Part shown: one piece after another, positions 1-14,978 of the stretch
How the letters are laid out: each line of letters starts with the position of its first letter
Position numbering within the stretch: the stretch's first letter is position 1
DNA from: Macrostomum hystrix
Lineage: Eukaryota > Animalia > Platyhelminthes
Reading direction: 5' to 3'
NCBI GenBank assembly: GCA_950097015.1
Contig: CATNEN010000039.1
Location: forward strand, 17,918,001 to 17,982,000
Length of the DNA: 64,000 bases
Translations under genes and position numbers: made by a program
Notes under the pieces: model-generated
Told to the model about the DNA's origin: nothing
Databases searched by the model: none
The model's input: only the letters and a program-made list of their open reading frames with translations

Positions 1-495
1 GTGCAGCAACAGCTTCAACTGGTGAGCCTTGATCAAGTTATTATCCATTATTTTCCTTTGGAAAACAACTTACCAAATTTCTTTTGACTCAAAACGCTTC
101 TCTAATTTAATTATTCACGAAAAAACTATAGAATCAATTTTAATCTTTTAGCTCCGAATGCCGAGGCGTCGTCCTCAGTGAAACTTCCGCCGCCCCCTCC
201 GCCTCCGCCGCCACCGCCTCCGCCGCCACCGTCAGACATGAGCGAATGGACTTCCAGTCATGTCTGTCATTTTCTTCGCCAATCCGAGTCGAACTTGTCA
301 AATTTGGCTCCAATATTTCTTGAGCACGATATCGACGGTAAGGCGCTGCTACTGCTCAGCTCAGACATGATGATGAAGTATATGGGCGTGAAGCTGGGCC
401 CCGCGTTGAAACTTCTCAACTGTGTGGAGCGAATGAAGCGACGATCGGCTAATTCTGCAGCTCCCGCCACTGAGAGCGAGCAGAAACTGTCTTGA
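1..495 (+). CDS. Scm: 3' end of a Polycomb-group Scm/SCMH1-like protein (C-terminal SAM/SPM domain); exons <1-21 and 152-495
   Basis: GT donor at 22 and AG acceptor at 150-151 are phase-compatible. A poly-Pro tract precedes WTSSHVCHFL...FLEHDIDGKALLLLSSDMMMKYMGVKLGPALKL, which closely matches the Scm SAM domain. Confidence 0.85.
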
Positions 496-503
496 CTGAG
501 TAA

Positions 504-1594
504 CTGGATAATCTGGATATAGAATCTATAGTGCTGACAAGGGGCATCTGGATATAGAATCTATAGTGCTGACAAGGGATATCTGGATATAGAATCTATA
601 GTGCTGACAAGGGGCATCTGGATATAGAATCTATAGTGCTGACAAGGGATATCTGGATATAGAATCTATAGTGCTGACAAGGGACATCTGGATATAGAAT
701 CTATAGTGCTGACAAGGGGCATCTGGATATAGAATCTATAGTGCTGACAAGGGGCATCTGGATATAGAATCTATAGTGCTGACAAGGGGCATCTGGATAT
801 AGAATCTATAGTGCTGACAAGGGGCATCTGGATATAGAATCTATAGTGCTGACAAGGGATATCTGGATATAGAATCTATAGTGCTGACAAGGGACATCTG
901 GATATAGAATCTATAGTGCTGACAAGGGGCATCTGGATATAGAATCTATAGTGCTGACAAGGGACATCTGGATATAGAATCTATAGTGCTGACAAGGGGC
1001 ATCTGGATATAGAATCTATAGTGCTGACAAGGGACATCTGGATATAGAATCTATAGTGCTGACAAGGGACATCTGGATATAGAATCTATAGTGCTGACAA
1101 GGGGCATCTGGATATAGAATCTATAGTGCTGACAAGGGACATCTGGATATAGAATCTATAGTGCTGACAGGGGCATCTGGATATAGAATCTATAGTGCTG
1201 ACAAGGGGCATCTGGATATAGAATCTATAGTGCTGACAAGGGATATCTGGATATAGAATCTATAGTGCTGACAAGGGGCATCTGGATATAGAATCTATAG
1301 TGATGACAAGGGGCATCTGGATATAGAATCTATAGTGCTGACAAGGGATATCTGGATATAGAATCTATAGTGCTGACAAGGGGCATCTGGATATAGAATC
1401 TATAGTGATGACAAGGGGCATCTGGATATAGAATCTATAGTGCTGACAAGGGACATCTGGATATAGAATCTATAGTGCTGACAAGGGGCATCTGGATATA
1501 GAATCTATAGTGCTGACAAGGGACATCTGGATATAGAATCTATAGTGCTGACAAGGGGCATCTGGATATAGAATCTATAGTGCTGACAAGGGAC
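504..1594. repeat. 35-bp minisatellite, ~31 copies, starting just after the Scm stop codon
   Basis: Unit atctggatatagaatctatagtgctgacaagg(g/a)(c/t); contains the internal palindrome tataga-a-tctata. Confidence 0.97.
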
Positions 1595-2290
1595 TTAGAG
1601 ATTGGTGACTGGCCAGTTTAGTGTTCATCACTTTTTTCGAACAAATTCTGCAAATTAATTTTTATTGCCTGTGTAATACTTTTTTCTATTTTACAAGTCG
1701 CAACTTGGAATCTCATTCTTGCTATATTTACCTCCCATTAATAGTCCTACAGTTAAGAGTTAATACATTTTACCGGTGCTTTAATAATATATCCTAGAGT
1801 ACGAGTCAATTGAAACCTGTCAATCAGCTGTTTCAGCAGATTATGTACTTTCAGCTTGTTTTGCTACGAATTTCTTTTTGTTTGCTCGGCAGTGCAAAGT
1901 CTGTGTTCTAACTTTTCCTTACAGATTATTATACTTATCATATATGTCTCAGCTCTCAGCCATAATGTACATAATATGAGCCATTTTCGTGTACTTTTAA
2001 GTTAAACTTCAAATAGCAATTGCTGTATCTCACCTCGATTGATCAACTATTATTTTCCTAACGCACTGTTTTACTAGCAATATTCATTATCACAATGCTT
2101 CAATTCTAGTAATTGTCATTGCTTTGAAATAGTTGTTTAATTTAAATCATGCTACAAATATATATTATTATAATGACTGGCTAAAAACTCAATGTGCAGT
2201 GGGGCGTTAACATTTTTCTGCAATACTTTCTGCTCTATTTTCTCTTTTACAAGTCGATTCTCAGTAAAATTTTTATCAACTGTGAAAATT

Positions 2291-2530
2291 ATCATGGTCA
2301 AGCTGAGGGGATCATGGTCAAGCTGAGGGGATCATGGTCAAGCTGAGGTGATCATGGTCAAGCTGAGGGAATCATGGTCAAGCTGAGGGATCATGTTCAA
2401 ACTCAGTGATCATGTTCATCAAACTGAGGGATCATGTTCATCAAACTGAGGGGATCATGTTCATCAAACTGAGAGGATCATGTTCATCAAACTGAGGGAT
2501 CATGTTCATCAAAATGAGGGGATCATGTTT
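2291..2530. repeat. 20-23-bp degenerate minisatellite
   Basis: Units atcatggtcaagctgagggg grading into atcatgttcatcaaactgaggg. Confidence 0.9.
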
Positions 2531-2601
2531 AAAGTTTTACATGAGGTTTACTACTCAAAAGTTTACTATGAGTACTATGCTTTTGGCCGTTTACTAACGG
2601 C

Positions 2602-4159
2602 TTAAACTAGTCGGTTAATCTCATTCTTAAGCTCTTGGCCGTGCACCAGTCTTAAATTTAGTCTCCGCACGTCCACCTTGGAGTTGGTGTCGTTCTTTCT
2701 CTGGTTCAGGTGCAGGAACTGGTGGTAGGTGAACGTCTGTTTCGGATCCAGCGGATAGTTGTTGAAGTCCTGTCGTTGGAATCGGCGACACTCGTCTTCG
2801 AACTCGACGCTGTCGAACAGCCGCTCTGCGCCGGTCCTTCTGCACAGGTCGCGAAATAGATTCCTTGCGTACTTCGAGCTGTTGTCATAGACTGGCAGGA
2901 ACTGAACAGGTGGTGGCAGGTGAGGACACCATGGGCCTGGACAGCCCTGGCCTTCGTGAGCCTGAACAAGATTGGCGCAGTTTAGTGGCACATTGTCGCG
3001 CAGTGCAATATCGACTAACATCGCACGTGGACATAAGAACATTCGTTATGTACATCGGTTAATCAGCTATAAAGTCACGCTCACTCTTGCCATGAGTACA
3101 AATAATGAGTGTTTAGTTTAGCCTCATACTTACCTGCTGGAACATGAGCACAGCATCCGTGAGTGGCACTGGGCCTGTCACCAGAGCTGCATACAGAGTG
3201 CTGTTTCTCGGCTTCAGCTCAAGCTGGAGCAGCTGCAGCTGGTGCAGGTAGAACAGCCAGAAGGGGTGCTCAGCAATGCTGTACATGATGGCATTGCTCA
3301 CCAACCGTGGCATGCGGAAGCCGTTCAGTGCGTGCAGGTATGGCTCGAGCGGCAAGATCAGAGCGTGACGGGAGGTGTACCTGTCCGCCCTGCTCAGGCA
3401 GCCGGTGTCGAGGTCGGCGTACCAGCCTCCCATGGCGTGCAGCACGAAGGCCCGCGCTGTGTCCGAGCGCTCCATGTAGTTGGAGAGCTGCTTGTAGTAC
3501 ATGTCCTGCCAGGTACGGTAGCGCCGACTGATCAGCAGGTCGATCTCCGCGTCAGTCCAGAAGTACATTCGGTAGTCTGGGTACACAGCTCTGAGGGTTT
3601 TCACGAGTTCAAGAGAGTATTTTCTCATCTCTCGAGCACCATTCGACTTGGTCGGGAGTTCATGAGTTCTAATCTCAACTAGAGGGAAACAGCTTGTACA
3701 GGCATTGATCAAGACGCTCAGCTATACCATCTGTGCCATCATCAGCTAGGCTAGAAATTGGGATGATTGAGGCGACCTCCAAGTCCAAGGACTGTACACC
3801 TGAGAAACAGAGACTCACCTCCACGACGTCAGCAGCGGCGCGAAGCTGGCATCTACCGAGTAGCCCTTGTACATGAAGTGAATCTTCTTCGCCACCGGTG
3901 GCGACTTAATTGTGAGTGGGAGTTCTTTGAGAGGAAAGGTGACAGCAATGTCTCGCATCTCTGACTGAGTGAGATTCGGCTCGGGTCTCAGCGGCACCAA
4001 TGAGCTTTTGGTCCGGCCATCGCCGATCGAAATTAGCAGTACACTGCAGACCACTGCCGTTGCCAGCAGTCCAACTGTCCAGCTGGCTCGCCACCAGCAG
4101 ATGATTTGCTGGTGACCTAAACTCTTCCAAGCGCAACTATTTTTTAGTCTGAGTCGCAT
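2602..4159 (-). CDS. GT32-family (DXD sugar-binding) type II membrane glycosyltransferase, copy 1; exons 4159-3819, 3590-3134, 2961-2602 (alternative start at 4216)
   Basis: N-terminal TM helix, KKIHF...SW, FWTD and RSDTARAFVLHAMGGWYADLD (GG.Y.DxD signature), then SNAIM and HPFW. GT-AG introns are phase-consistent. Confidence 0.88.
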
Positions 4160-4567
4160 TTTAGGTGAAGAAATGCTATAGGTGTCGATTTGAGCAGCAC
4201 ACCTGTCAGAGCTCATTGGGTTAATTGAATTCGATAGAACTGCTTTATAAATGGTCCACTTCTGAGTATGAAAGTAATTGTCAAGCGCCTATTTGAATTA
4301 AATTGCACAATGGCACCAAGCCTTCCTAAACTCTTGTTTGTTTTGCGCGCTTCTCATAGATGGCATGAGTGCTTTGAAAATATACGAGTACATTGTAGAA
4401 TAACGCATCTACCGAAGGCAAACAGACTCGCCAAACCGGTTCGCTTGTGCCCCTTGCTGCCTATGTTTGCCACTAACAATACCTTCGTTTCCAGGTCTGC
4501 AGTTATTATTATAAGTTCTTATAAGAAACTTTTATTACTTTAGTGTGGGTTGGGGCCTCGATATATT

Positions 4568-5568
4568 GGCCCGTATGCAGAAAGCTCAGTCTATGGTAGT
4601 CCGGTCTAGAAAAACTAGTCCAGACTAGGACTTGGTATGCAGAAACATGAAGCCAGCCGAGTCTACCATAGACAGAACTAGGGTAGCTCAGTCCTAGCTA
4701 GTCGCGTCTTATTTTTGGTATGCATAAAAGTTACAACTACTCGTAGCTAGTCCGGTCTAGAAAAAACCTAGACTACTCTGTAGCAGTCTAGGATACTGGC
4801 TTTTTCATTGCCCAAGACAGCCAAGATTTACAGAAATGAATATTTTATTAGCTGTTGATTTAGTTCAACAAGACCTCCGTCGGCAGCGCATTTTTCGTGA
4901 TCGGTTGGAACCACTTCAACAATTCTCAGAGGTTGAGATCAAAAGACTGTTTCGGTTTGAACCGCGGTCACTAGTTGCATTGGTGGAACTAGTCGAGACA
5001 GATCTTGAAAGAGCAACCCAGCGAAACAAGAGTCTCACTCCCATGCTGCAACTGTGCTTGACACTGTCTTATCTTGGCACTGGCAGCTTTCAGCAGAACT
5101 TGTCTGCTCTTGGAGGTATTGACCAGAGCACGATGTCCCGCTGCTACTGGAAAGTGGTAAGAGCAATTAATGTCCAATTGGATAATATCCACTATCCAGA
5201 GCCTGGTGTTGAGCGGACACGCGTTTCAACAGGGTTTCGCCAAATTTGTCAACTGCCTGCATGATGTAATCGGTGCGATCGATTGCACGCACGTACGAAT
5301 TCAAAGGCCACCCAACGAGAATTTTCCCGACGAATTCATAAATCGGAAAAACTACCACTCTTTCCCCACCCATAGAAGGACCATAGACAACGTGGAATCC
5401 GTTGAGGATTTGGCGCTTAAGTTTGGCGCTCGGTCTAGCCCAGACTGGTCTAGCCTAGACTCATCATGGTAGTCGTGACTAGCTTTTATGCATACCGATT
5501 TCAAGACCATAGACCAAACTACCCAGTCCAGACTAGCTAGACTGGGCTAGGCTTTCTGCATACGGGCC
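4568..5568 (+). mobile_element. PIF/Harbinger DNA transposon, internally deleted (1001 bp)
   Basis: Perfect 18-bp TIR ggcccgtatgcagaaagc; ATT target duplication at 4565-4567 and 5569-5571; transposase remnant inside. Confidence 0.93.
4836..5365 (+). pseudogene. HARBI1-like Harbinger transposase, frameshifted near 5260 and truncated
   Basis: LFRF, HTH region (GIDQSTMSR), then in another frame VIGAIDCTHVRIQRP...FINRKNYHS. The later D and E motifs are missing. Confidence 0.88.
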
Positions 5569-5844
5569 ATTGTCTTTATATGGTCGCATATTTTATTCTC
5601 TTGGCATTCGTCAAACTGTTTCTGGGCGTTCCTTTGTGCTAATAAATTTTCTTCAGCACGTAGCTTCAGCACTCACGCTCATGTGCTCAACATCTGGCCC
5701 TTGAACTCAAATTCCTTAAGCTCAAATTGCAGACATTCTTACTATAGAAAAGGCAGTCTAGACGTTTATAAATTATAGAGACCTTTTTAAATGAAGAGAC
5801 GCATGCGCTTTGTCTGTTTGCATACTTCATTTTCTGCCTGTTAA

Positions 5845-8188
<2,344 letters not shown>

Positions 8189-8199
8189 TTAAACAGTCA

Positions 8200-9920
8200 T
8201 CTGTCAAGCTGCCCAAGAATGACAAACTTTCTGGGACCAGTTTTCGTTGTCTATTGACATCGCACTACACTCTATCTGACATAGACAAATTTAACTATCT
8301 TCTAGACTCGCTGTCTAGAACATCTGTCTAGACATCTTGAGATTCAAAAGTCGCAATACCCGAAAATCACCTCGATACTCGGCCGCGAAACGTACGTTGA
8401 CAATTTGATGACAAGTTGTGACTCCGTGGATGAGTTTCATCAACTGCTTCAGGATGCAAAAGAACTTTTCCTCTCTGCAGGTATGGACCTGTGACAATGG
8501 CGATCGAGCTCTGAAAAAATTCAATAAGTTCTCGGTGTGCTGTGGGACTTAGCTCAAGATTCTCTGCTTCTCGACTTCCGTCATCATGAAAAATTAGCCA
8601 TCTGCAAAATGTCTACTGCAACAATTGTGCATTCGCAGTGTCCTGGGACGAAGAGCTTCCTGCCGACATTTGTCAAACCTGGAATCAATAGGTCCAATCA
8701 CTTTAAGTTCATGCGCTTGAAGTATCACGCTTTGTCTTTCAATCGAAGCATTCACAAATCACTTTGCATGCCCTGTGCGATGCCATTGAAAAGGCATTTC
8801 CAGCATGCATCTCTGTCGCTGCGGCCTACCCTGACGGTATCACGTCATCTTTTCTGGTGACATCGAAAACGCGAATTGCATCGATCTCACAGATTTCTCG
8901 ACAAGAGCTTCTCACGCAATTCCTGCTCACTCAAAAAGCTCAATTATAATGACACGTGGCTACACGATCCCGTCTTTATTCGTTGGACGGATTTAACACA
9001 ACTGCAACTGCAATTGTCAGTTGTTGTACTCACGACTCCCCGGAGGGGTGCCCCTAGGAGGGTCAGAGTACGCGGGCCCGTGCTGGCCTGCGTCAGGGCG
9101 CGAGTGTCCGCACGGGACCCTAAGTCTGGGGCGTCAGGACGCACCCAAGTGGCCGGCACACGCGTAGGGACGCTGTGATGTCGATCACCTTCAGCAGGGC
9201 GTCAGGGCGCACGAGCTGGCGTCTAAGTACAGCGGGTGTACAGTACAGGGTGACCCCTTGGCTGACTACCTGGTCTAGTCCCCCCTCCTTAGTCGGCGTA
9301 AGGACACACGGACGGTCCCAGCTACAGCCCACCCGAAATGAAGGAGAAAGGCAGTGACTTACTTCACTGATAGCTCGCACTCGCGCGTGCACTCAATTTC
9401 TTGCAGCTGACGTCTGTTTGCGGCTGGCAGACCGGTTGGTCAATGTTTATTGTTTGTGCGTGGGGGACGGGTTATCGAAACGGTAGTCAGGCGTTGTAGA
9501 GCGAGAACACCAGCACGGGGCAGTCACCCGCCCCCGGCCGCGCCTTTAAAGGCCACGGCTCACCCGGGACCGGGCCCCCCCACGCCCCACCCCCACCCCA
9601 CCACCCCAGCCCAGCTACCCACCGGCCAATCACGGCGCAGCTGGGGGAGGGGCAGTCTGGGGCGAGGGCCACACAGGGCGGCCCAGCCAACCAGCGCGCA
9701 GACAGCACAATGGCGGCTAAGCGGCTTACACCGCTGAGCCTCTAACGCCAAAAACGGGGGGGCGAGTGCACTTGAGCAGTGCCAGCGCACGTGCACAACA
9801 CACTCATAGATTTGACAACGTTTTCAAAGTGGACCGAACTGCTTCAGGAAACAACATGGGTCCGGCGCTTTATCTACAATATCAAAGCGTCAGTCACGGG
9901 GGAGAGAAAGGTACTTCGTG
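8200..9920 (+). mobile_element. BEL/Pao LTR retrotransposon pol relic (RT / RNase H region), interrupted by a solo LTR
   Basis: YVDNLMTS...AKELFLSAGMDL (~8393), KVLGVLWD, HALCDAIEKAF...SKTRIA...RQELL, WLHDPVF, and after the insert IDLTTFSKWTELL...WVRRFIYN. Confidence 0.85.
9022..9800 (-). mobile_element. GC-rich solo LTR (779 bp) inserted in the BEL/Pao relic
   Basis: Ends tgttgt...acaaca; near-TSD cagt/cact; on the minus strand a CCAAT-like box (~9625), tttaaa (9545) and AATAAA (~9446-9451) occur in LTR order. The Pao frame resumes after it. Confidence 0.7.
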
Positions 9921-10734
9921 TAAAGTGTCTGGCTGAATTTACTTTATTTATGTATAACTAGTTCGATAGTGCTTGGTGCTGATGACGCTGTGGTAAACGA
10001 GTTCAAATAAGTAAGTAAACAAGATGAATCCACTCTTAATTTTTATATGGCTCTTGGCCTTTCTGCTCTCGCAGAATACACACGATCTGAATCCTCCGAC
10101 CTCTCTGACAGATTCCAGTTTCGTCAAAAAGTTGATATTAATTGATAGTCTGAATATTAGTCTGAGGGTTTTGCCTGTTCAGGTATCTCGTTTATATACA
10201 CAATTTTTTTCTATCTCCGCAGTGAATTTCGTTGATCACGCACATGGGTCGTGTGATTTCACGACGTCACTCCTTCATATGATGACGAATGCGTAGGCGG
10301 TACATAGGTGCGTCATCGCAATGGTCATAGGGGTCATGTTTTAATCGCATGACAAGATTTCCCTAAGAGAAATGAGCGTAAAAATCACATTTGACCCGCG
10401 TGCTGGGATATCCTTACGCACATTGTGACGTACAGCTCAGTGTACTAAGGTCACGCCGGGGTCGCATGGTATTGTACCTCCGTGCACATCATGGTGTAAA
10501 AATTAATGTAATAAGACCAGGATTTCTTTCCTACTGTACATTTGTAATCATATTACTTTCAACCGCTTATCAGTAATATGTAGCGCATTTCTCTACCAAT
10601 ATTAGTTAAATACGTTTTTGGTATTTTTTGCATTTTCACATTAGCGCATGGGTCTGATTGCCATCTCTACACTTCGCCCATCACAGCCCAAGAACTTTCT
10701 GATAGTCAAAACCTTTGGATCTCAGACTACCAGG

Positions 10735-11231
10735 AAGTCTGCCTACCTTCGGAGTTGAGTTTCGCATCGACTCAAATTAGTCTGTTTGCCACTCTTGCTG
10801 CTCGGCTGTTTGCCACTAACAATGCCTTCCTTTCCAGCTCTGCACTAATTCTAAGTATTTTCGTCATGCTGAGTACCTCATTTGATCATGAAGAACATTC
10901 GTTATCAGCAGTCTCAGTGGAAACTTATTAAAAGCCGTATCACTTTTGTGTGCGGAGGGGCCGCGTCCTTATACGCTCGCATAGTTCGTTCTCTTAGCAT
11001 TCGCCATCGCAAACTGTTTCTGGGCGTTCCTTTGTGCTAATAAAGTTTCTTCAGCACGCGCACGCTCATGTGCTCAATCTCTGGGTCTTGAACTCAAATT
11101 CCTAAGCTCAAACTGCAGACATTCTTACTACGAGGTATAGAAAAGGCTCTACAGGCAAAAAAATGAGAGGCCTTCTTAATGCAGAGACACATGCGCTTTG
11201 TCTGTCTGCATAATTAAATGTCTGCCTGTTA
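10735..11231. repeat. Second copy of the duplicated non-coding block, lacking the Harbinger and piggyBac insertions
   Basis: Colinear with 4410-4567 plus 5572-5843. Confidence 0.85.
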
Positions 11232-11321
11232 TGACGCAATTAACTATATTTCCTTTCAAATTAACACTGTAAAAGAAAAAAAATATTTTTGGTCATAACT
11301 CTTCTGTTCATTTGTGCTTTT

Positions 11322-12465
11322 GTGGGGGTGAGCTGCAGAGCAGTAAACGCGTTTGCCTCTTGTTCCAATGTCGCTGAACTCGATTCCGCGGCGAGGCCAC
11401 ATTCATTTGCATCGCAACCGCGGAGAGAAGGGGCTTTGGGGGCTTGTCGTGCAATTTACGCCCTTGAGGGGCCACCCACCAACAACAACAAGAGCCGCTA
11501 GCCCCAAAAGTCAGGGAGGCAGCGTCAGATGGCGCGCCGCAAAGCTAGCGTGCGAACATGGTCCGCGCCGGTGGCAATGTCGGGCGCCCCAGCGTCGCTC
11601 AGCAAGCAGTCGACGTAGCGGCGGGTCCGAGCCTGGCCGCGCCTGAACGGGCCCTGCAGGGTGGCGCAGGATGGTGGACGGGCGTTGCAGCTGGGCTCTC
11701 TCGTACAGAGCCTCGGTCCCGGCGCTCTCGTCAGCTTGAGAGGCCGCACGGAGCAGCCCCGAGTGCGCCGAGTCCAGCTGCCACTCCAGCGTAGCTGTCA
11801 GCGGCCACGACTCGGAATTTTACAGCGGGGCGGTCTCGACCACCGCCTGCCACAGCCGAGCCCTCTGGCGGTCAGGCAGCGCTTTGGACTGGAGGACGGC
11901 CCGGATCGAACGGTAGGCCGCCCATGAGAGTCCTCTGCGCCGCCGGATGTCGTCTTCCACGTTGCGCACCTGACCGCCGAGGTAAGTGAACCGCTGGCAG
12001 CGTGCGAGCGAGATGATCCTAAGTATGTAGATCTGCCCGTCTGCGCCGCGGCACGTCAGGTCCGCTGGAATGTCGGCCGGCACGGTCAGCACCTGATCGA
12101 GTTGCGCCAGCCGCCTCGTGGCATTCCGCCCTCGCGCGTTCCGTCGCCTCCTCTTGCAGCCCGCGAAGGGGACCAAGTGGGCCGGGGGCTTTCGGAAACG
12201 ATCTGCACAATTTGCACAGGTGTGCAAATATAATGGCTTGAATGGCTGATAGTGAAAAATTCAGGGCAGATGTACATACATGTGTGCGTGTGTGCCTGCG
12301 TACGGTATCTGTGTGAGTGTGTGCCTGCGTACGGTATCTGTGTGCGTGTGTGCTCAGGAATCAGCGAAATTGGCGAAATTGCCTCCTCATTGGCTTCGGG
12401 TCTATTGAAACCAAATGATAGGCCATTGCCCACTGCCCTCCTGCAATTATTTAATTATTACTATT
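11322..12465 (+). mobile_element. tRNA-derived SINE family A, split by a LINE fragment
   Basis: The 5' part (11322-11478) and 3' part (~12250-12465) match the contiguous copies at 17241 and 31925; attatt-like tail. Confidence 0.8.
11479..12200 (-). mobile_element. 5'-truncated non-LTR retrotransposon (RTE-like) fragment
   Basis: RT C-terminal motif FTYLGG...DIRRRRGLSWAAY...RARLWQAVVE; (TTG)n tail at ~11479-11490. Confidence 0.8.
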
Positions 12466-12977
12466 ATGCTTCGGCCATACATAACATCTAGCAAGACACA
12501 CGATCGATGAAATCTAGAAATTAATCAGACGAATGCGTTTTCCCAGTACTTCGTTATCTTCTATTATTTTCTCACCGTTCGTTTCTTCAGCACTTATTCA
12601 CAAATACCTGCCTATGGACATACCGACTGGCATGCTCGCCAGTCACAAGAAGGTAAACATGAATATTCCGTGGCCTTGTTTAATTAAGAAAAGAGATCGC
12701 CTCGAAAGAAGAAGAAAAAAGATACTTCCATGGTTGCTTTCTAAGCAATGGAGGTTGCTGCATCTTGACTGCTAATACTGTTGCCTAAACTTCAATTCCA
12801 TTATTCATTTCTTGCATATGCACCTTAATTAGTCGAGAAGTACCCAATGCGAGACAGCATAAAAGGAGCGAACCTCGATGTACGAGCTAATTCTGAATTT
12901 CTATTGGGACATACACTCGTAGATAGGTATTGTAGAGCACAATATACTCGTATAATACTCGTACGATATACACCATA

Positions 12978-14545
12978 ATGCGATTATGGATCCGTCTAAA
13001 AAGCATCGCCTTCAGGCATCACCAGATAGTCTGTTGCTGGCGGGCCAGCTTGACTGCAAGTCTGCTCACAATAGCTCTGGTGGGCAGCGTCCTGCAGCTC
13101 TTCAGCAAAAGCGTGCCACAGCAAAATACCGCCACCCAAACAAAAGTCAGCTCATTGGTGCCGCTGAGACCCGAGCCGAATCTCACTCAGTCCGAGATGC
13201 GAGACATTGCTGTCACCTTTCCTCTCAAAGAACTCCCACTCACAATTAAGTCGCCACCGGTGGCGAAGAAGATTCACTTCATGTACAAGGGCTACTCGGT
13301 AGATGCCAGCTTCGCGCCGCTGCTGACGTCGTGGAGGTGAGTCTCTGTTTCTCAGGTGTACAGTCCTTGGACTTGGAGGTCGCCTCAATCATCCCAATTT
13401 CTAGCCTAGCTGATGATGGCACAGATGGTATAGCTGAGCGTCTTGATCAATACCTCAAGCTGTTTCACTCTAGTTGAGATTAGAACTCATGAACTCCCGA
13501 CCAAGTCGAGTGGTGCTCGAGAGACGAGAAAAGACTCGTGAACTCGTGAAAACCCTCAGAGCTGTGTACCCAGACTACCGAATGTACTTCTGGACTGACG
13601 CGGAGATCGACCTGCTGATCAGTCGGCGCTACCGTACCTGGCAGGACATGTACTACAAGCAGCTCTCCAACTACATGGAGCGCTCGGACACAGCGCGGGC
13701 CTTCGTGCTGCACGCCATGGGAGGCTGGTACGCCGACCTCGACACCGGCTGCCTGAGCAGGGCGGACAGGTACACCTCCCGTCACGCTCTGATCTTGCCG
13801 CTCGAGCCATACCTGCACGCACTGAACGGCTTCCGCATGCCACGGTTGGTGAGCAATGCCATCATGTACAGCATTGCTGAGCACCCCTTCTGGCTGTTCT
13901 ACCTGCACCAGCTGCAGCTGCTCCAGCTTGAGCTGAAGCCGAGAAACAGCACTCTGTATGCAGCTCTGGTGACAGGCCCTGTGCCACTCACGGATGCTGT
14001 GCTCATGTTCCAGCAGGTAAGTATGAGGCTAAACTAAACACTCATTATTTGTACTCATGGCAAGAGTGAGCGTGACTTTATAGCTGATTAGCCGATGTAC
14101 ATAACGAATGTTCTTATGTCCACGTGCGATGTTAGTCGATATTACACTGCGCGACAATGTGCCACTAAACTGCGCCAATCTTGTTCAGGCTCACGAAGGC
14201 CAGGGCTGTCCAGGCCCATGGTGTCCTCACCTGCCACCACCTGTTCAGTTCCTGCCAGTCTATGACAACAGCTCGAAGGACGCAAGGAATCTATTTCGCG
14301 ACCTGTGCAGAAGGACCGGCGCAGAGCGGCTGTTCGACAGCGTCGAGTTCGAGGACGAGTGTCGCCGATTCCAACGACAGGACTTCAACAACTATCCGCT
14401 GGATCCGAAACAGACGTTCACCTACCACCAGTTCCTGCACCTGAACCAGAGAAAGAACGACACCAACTCCAAGGTGGACGTGCGGAGACTAAATCTAAGA
14501 CTGGTGCACGGCCAAGAGCTTAAGAATGAGATAAACCGACTGTAG
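12978..14545 (+). CDS. GT32-family glycosyltransferase, copy 2 (390 aa); exons 12978-13336, 13560-14016, 14189-14545
   Basis: Same motifs as copy 1; near-identical inverted copy from ~13150 onward, including introns. Confidence 0.9.
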
Positions 14546-14978
14546 CCTACCGCATACCTGAGTAAAATAACGATAAATACTTTTATCGGGAATGACTTTG
14601 CTTTTAAAAGACTAAGCACCGGTTGCTATAGCTCACGGCTCTCATTACAAAAATATTATAGATATCGTACATTCAAGACGCGATTAACCATGAAATGCAA
14701 GACATTTTCAACATTCCTATTTAGATATATATATGAGTTACGTGTTTGTTTTATTGCCTTATATATTTCTCTTTAAGGTTTGCTTAATTAGTTTTTCTAC
14801 AGACTTTCGATCTACTTAATTCCAAGAAGAATGAATTTTATGGAATGAATAAACTCGACTGCCTACTCGAAGTACGAGCGTAGATCAAGATATTAAAATT
14901 ACACGCGTCTTAAAACTCAGAATTCAGTGTGAGACTCTAATCTAGGGCCTCCGAAATCTGGCCCGTTGCCACTTTCCT

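Larger units (their letters stand above)
4410..5843. repeat. Non-coding block duplicated in direct orientation at ~10735-11231 (here split by the Harbinger element)
   Basis: Shared strings tgtttgccactaacaat, aaactgtttctgggcgttcctttgtgctaataaa, gcagacattcttacta and catgcgctttgtctgt. Confidence 0.85.

Noticed and set aside
504-1594. CRISPR-like 35-bp repeat array (also the 28-38-bp arrays elsewhere)
   Set aside because: Units are head-to-tail with no unique spacers, there are no cas genes, and the context is eukaryotic.
3242-3682. Antisense ORFs conserved across the three GT copies
   Set aside because: Conservation simply reflects nucleotide identity of the sense exon.
10200-10500. Possible MITE or structured element
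   Set aside because: Composition differs from the flanks, but no convincing TIR or TSD was found.
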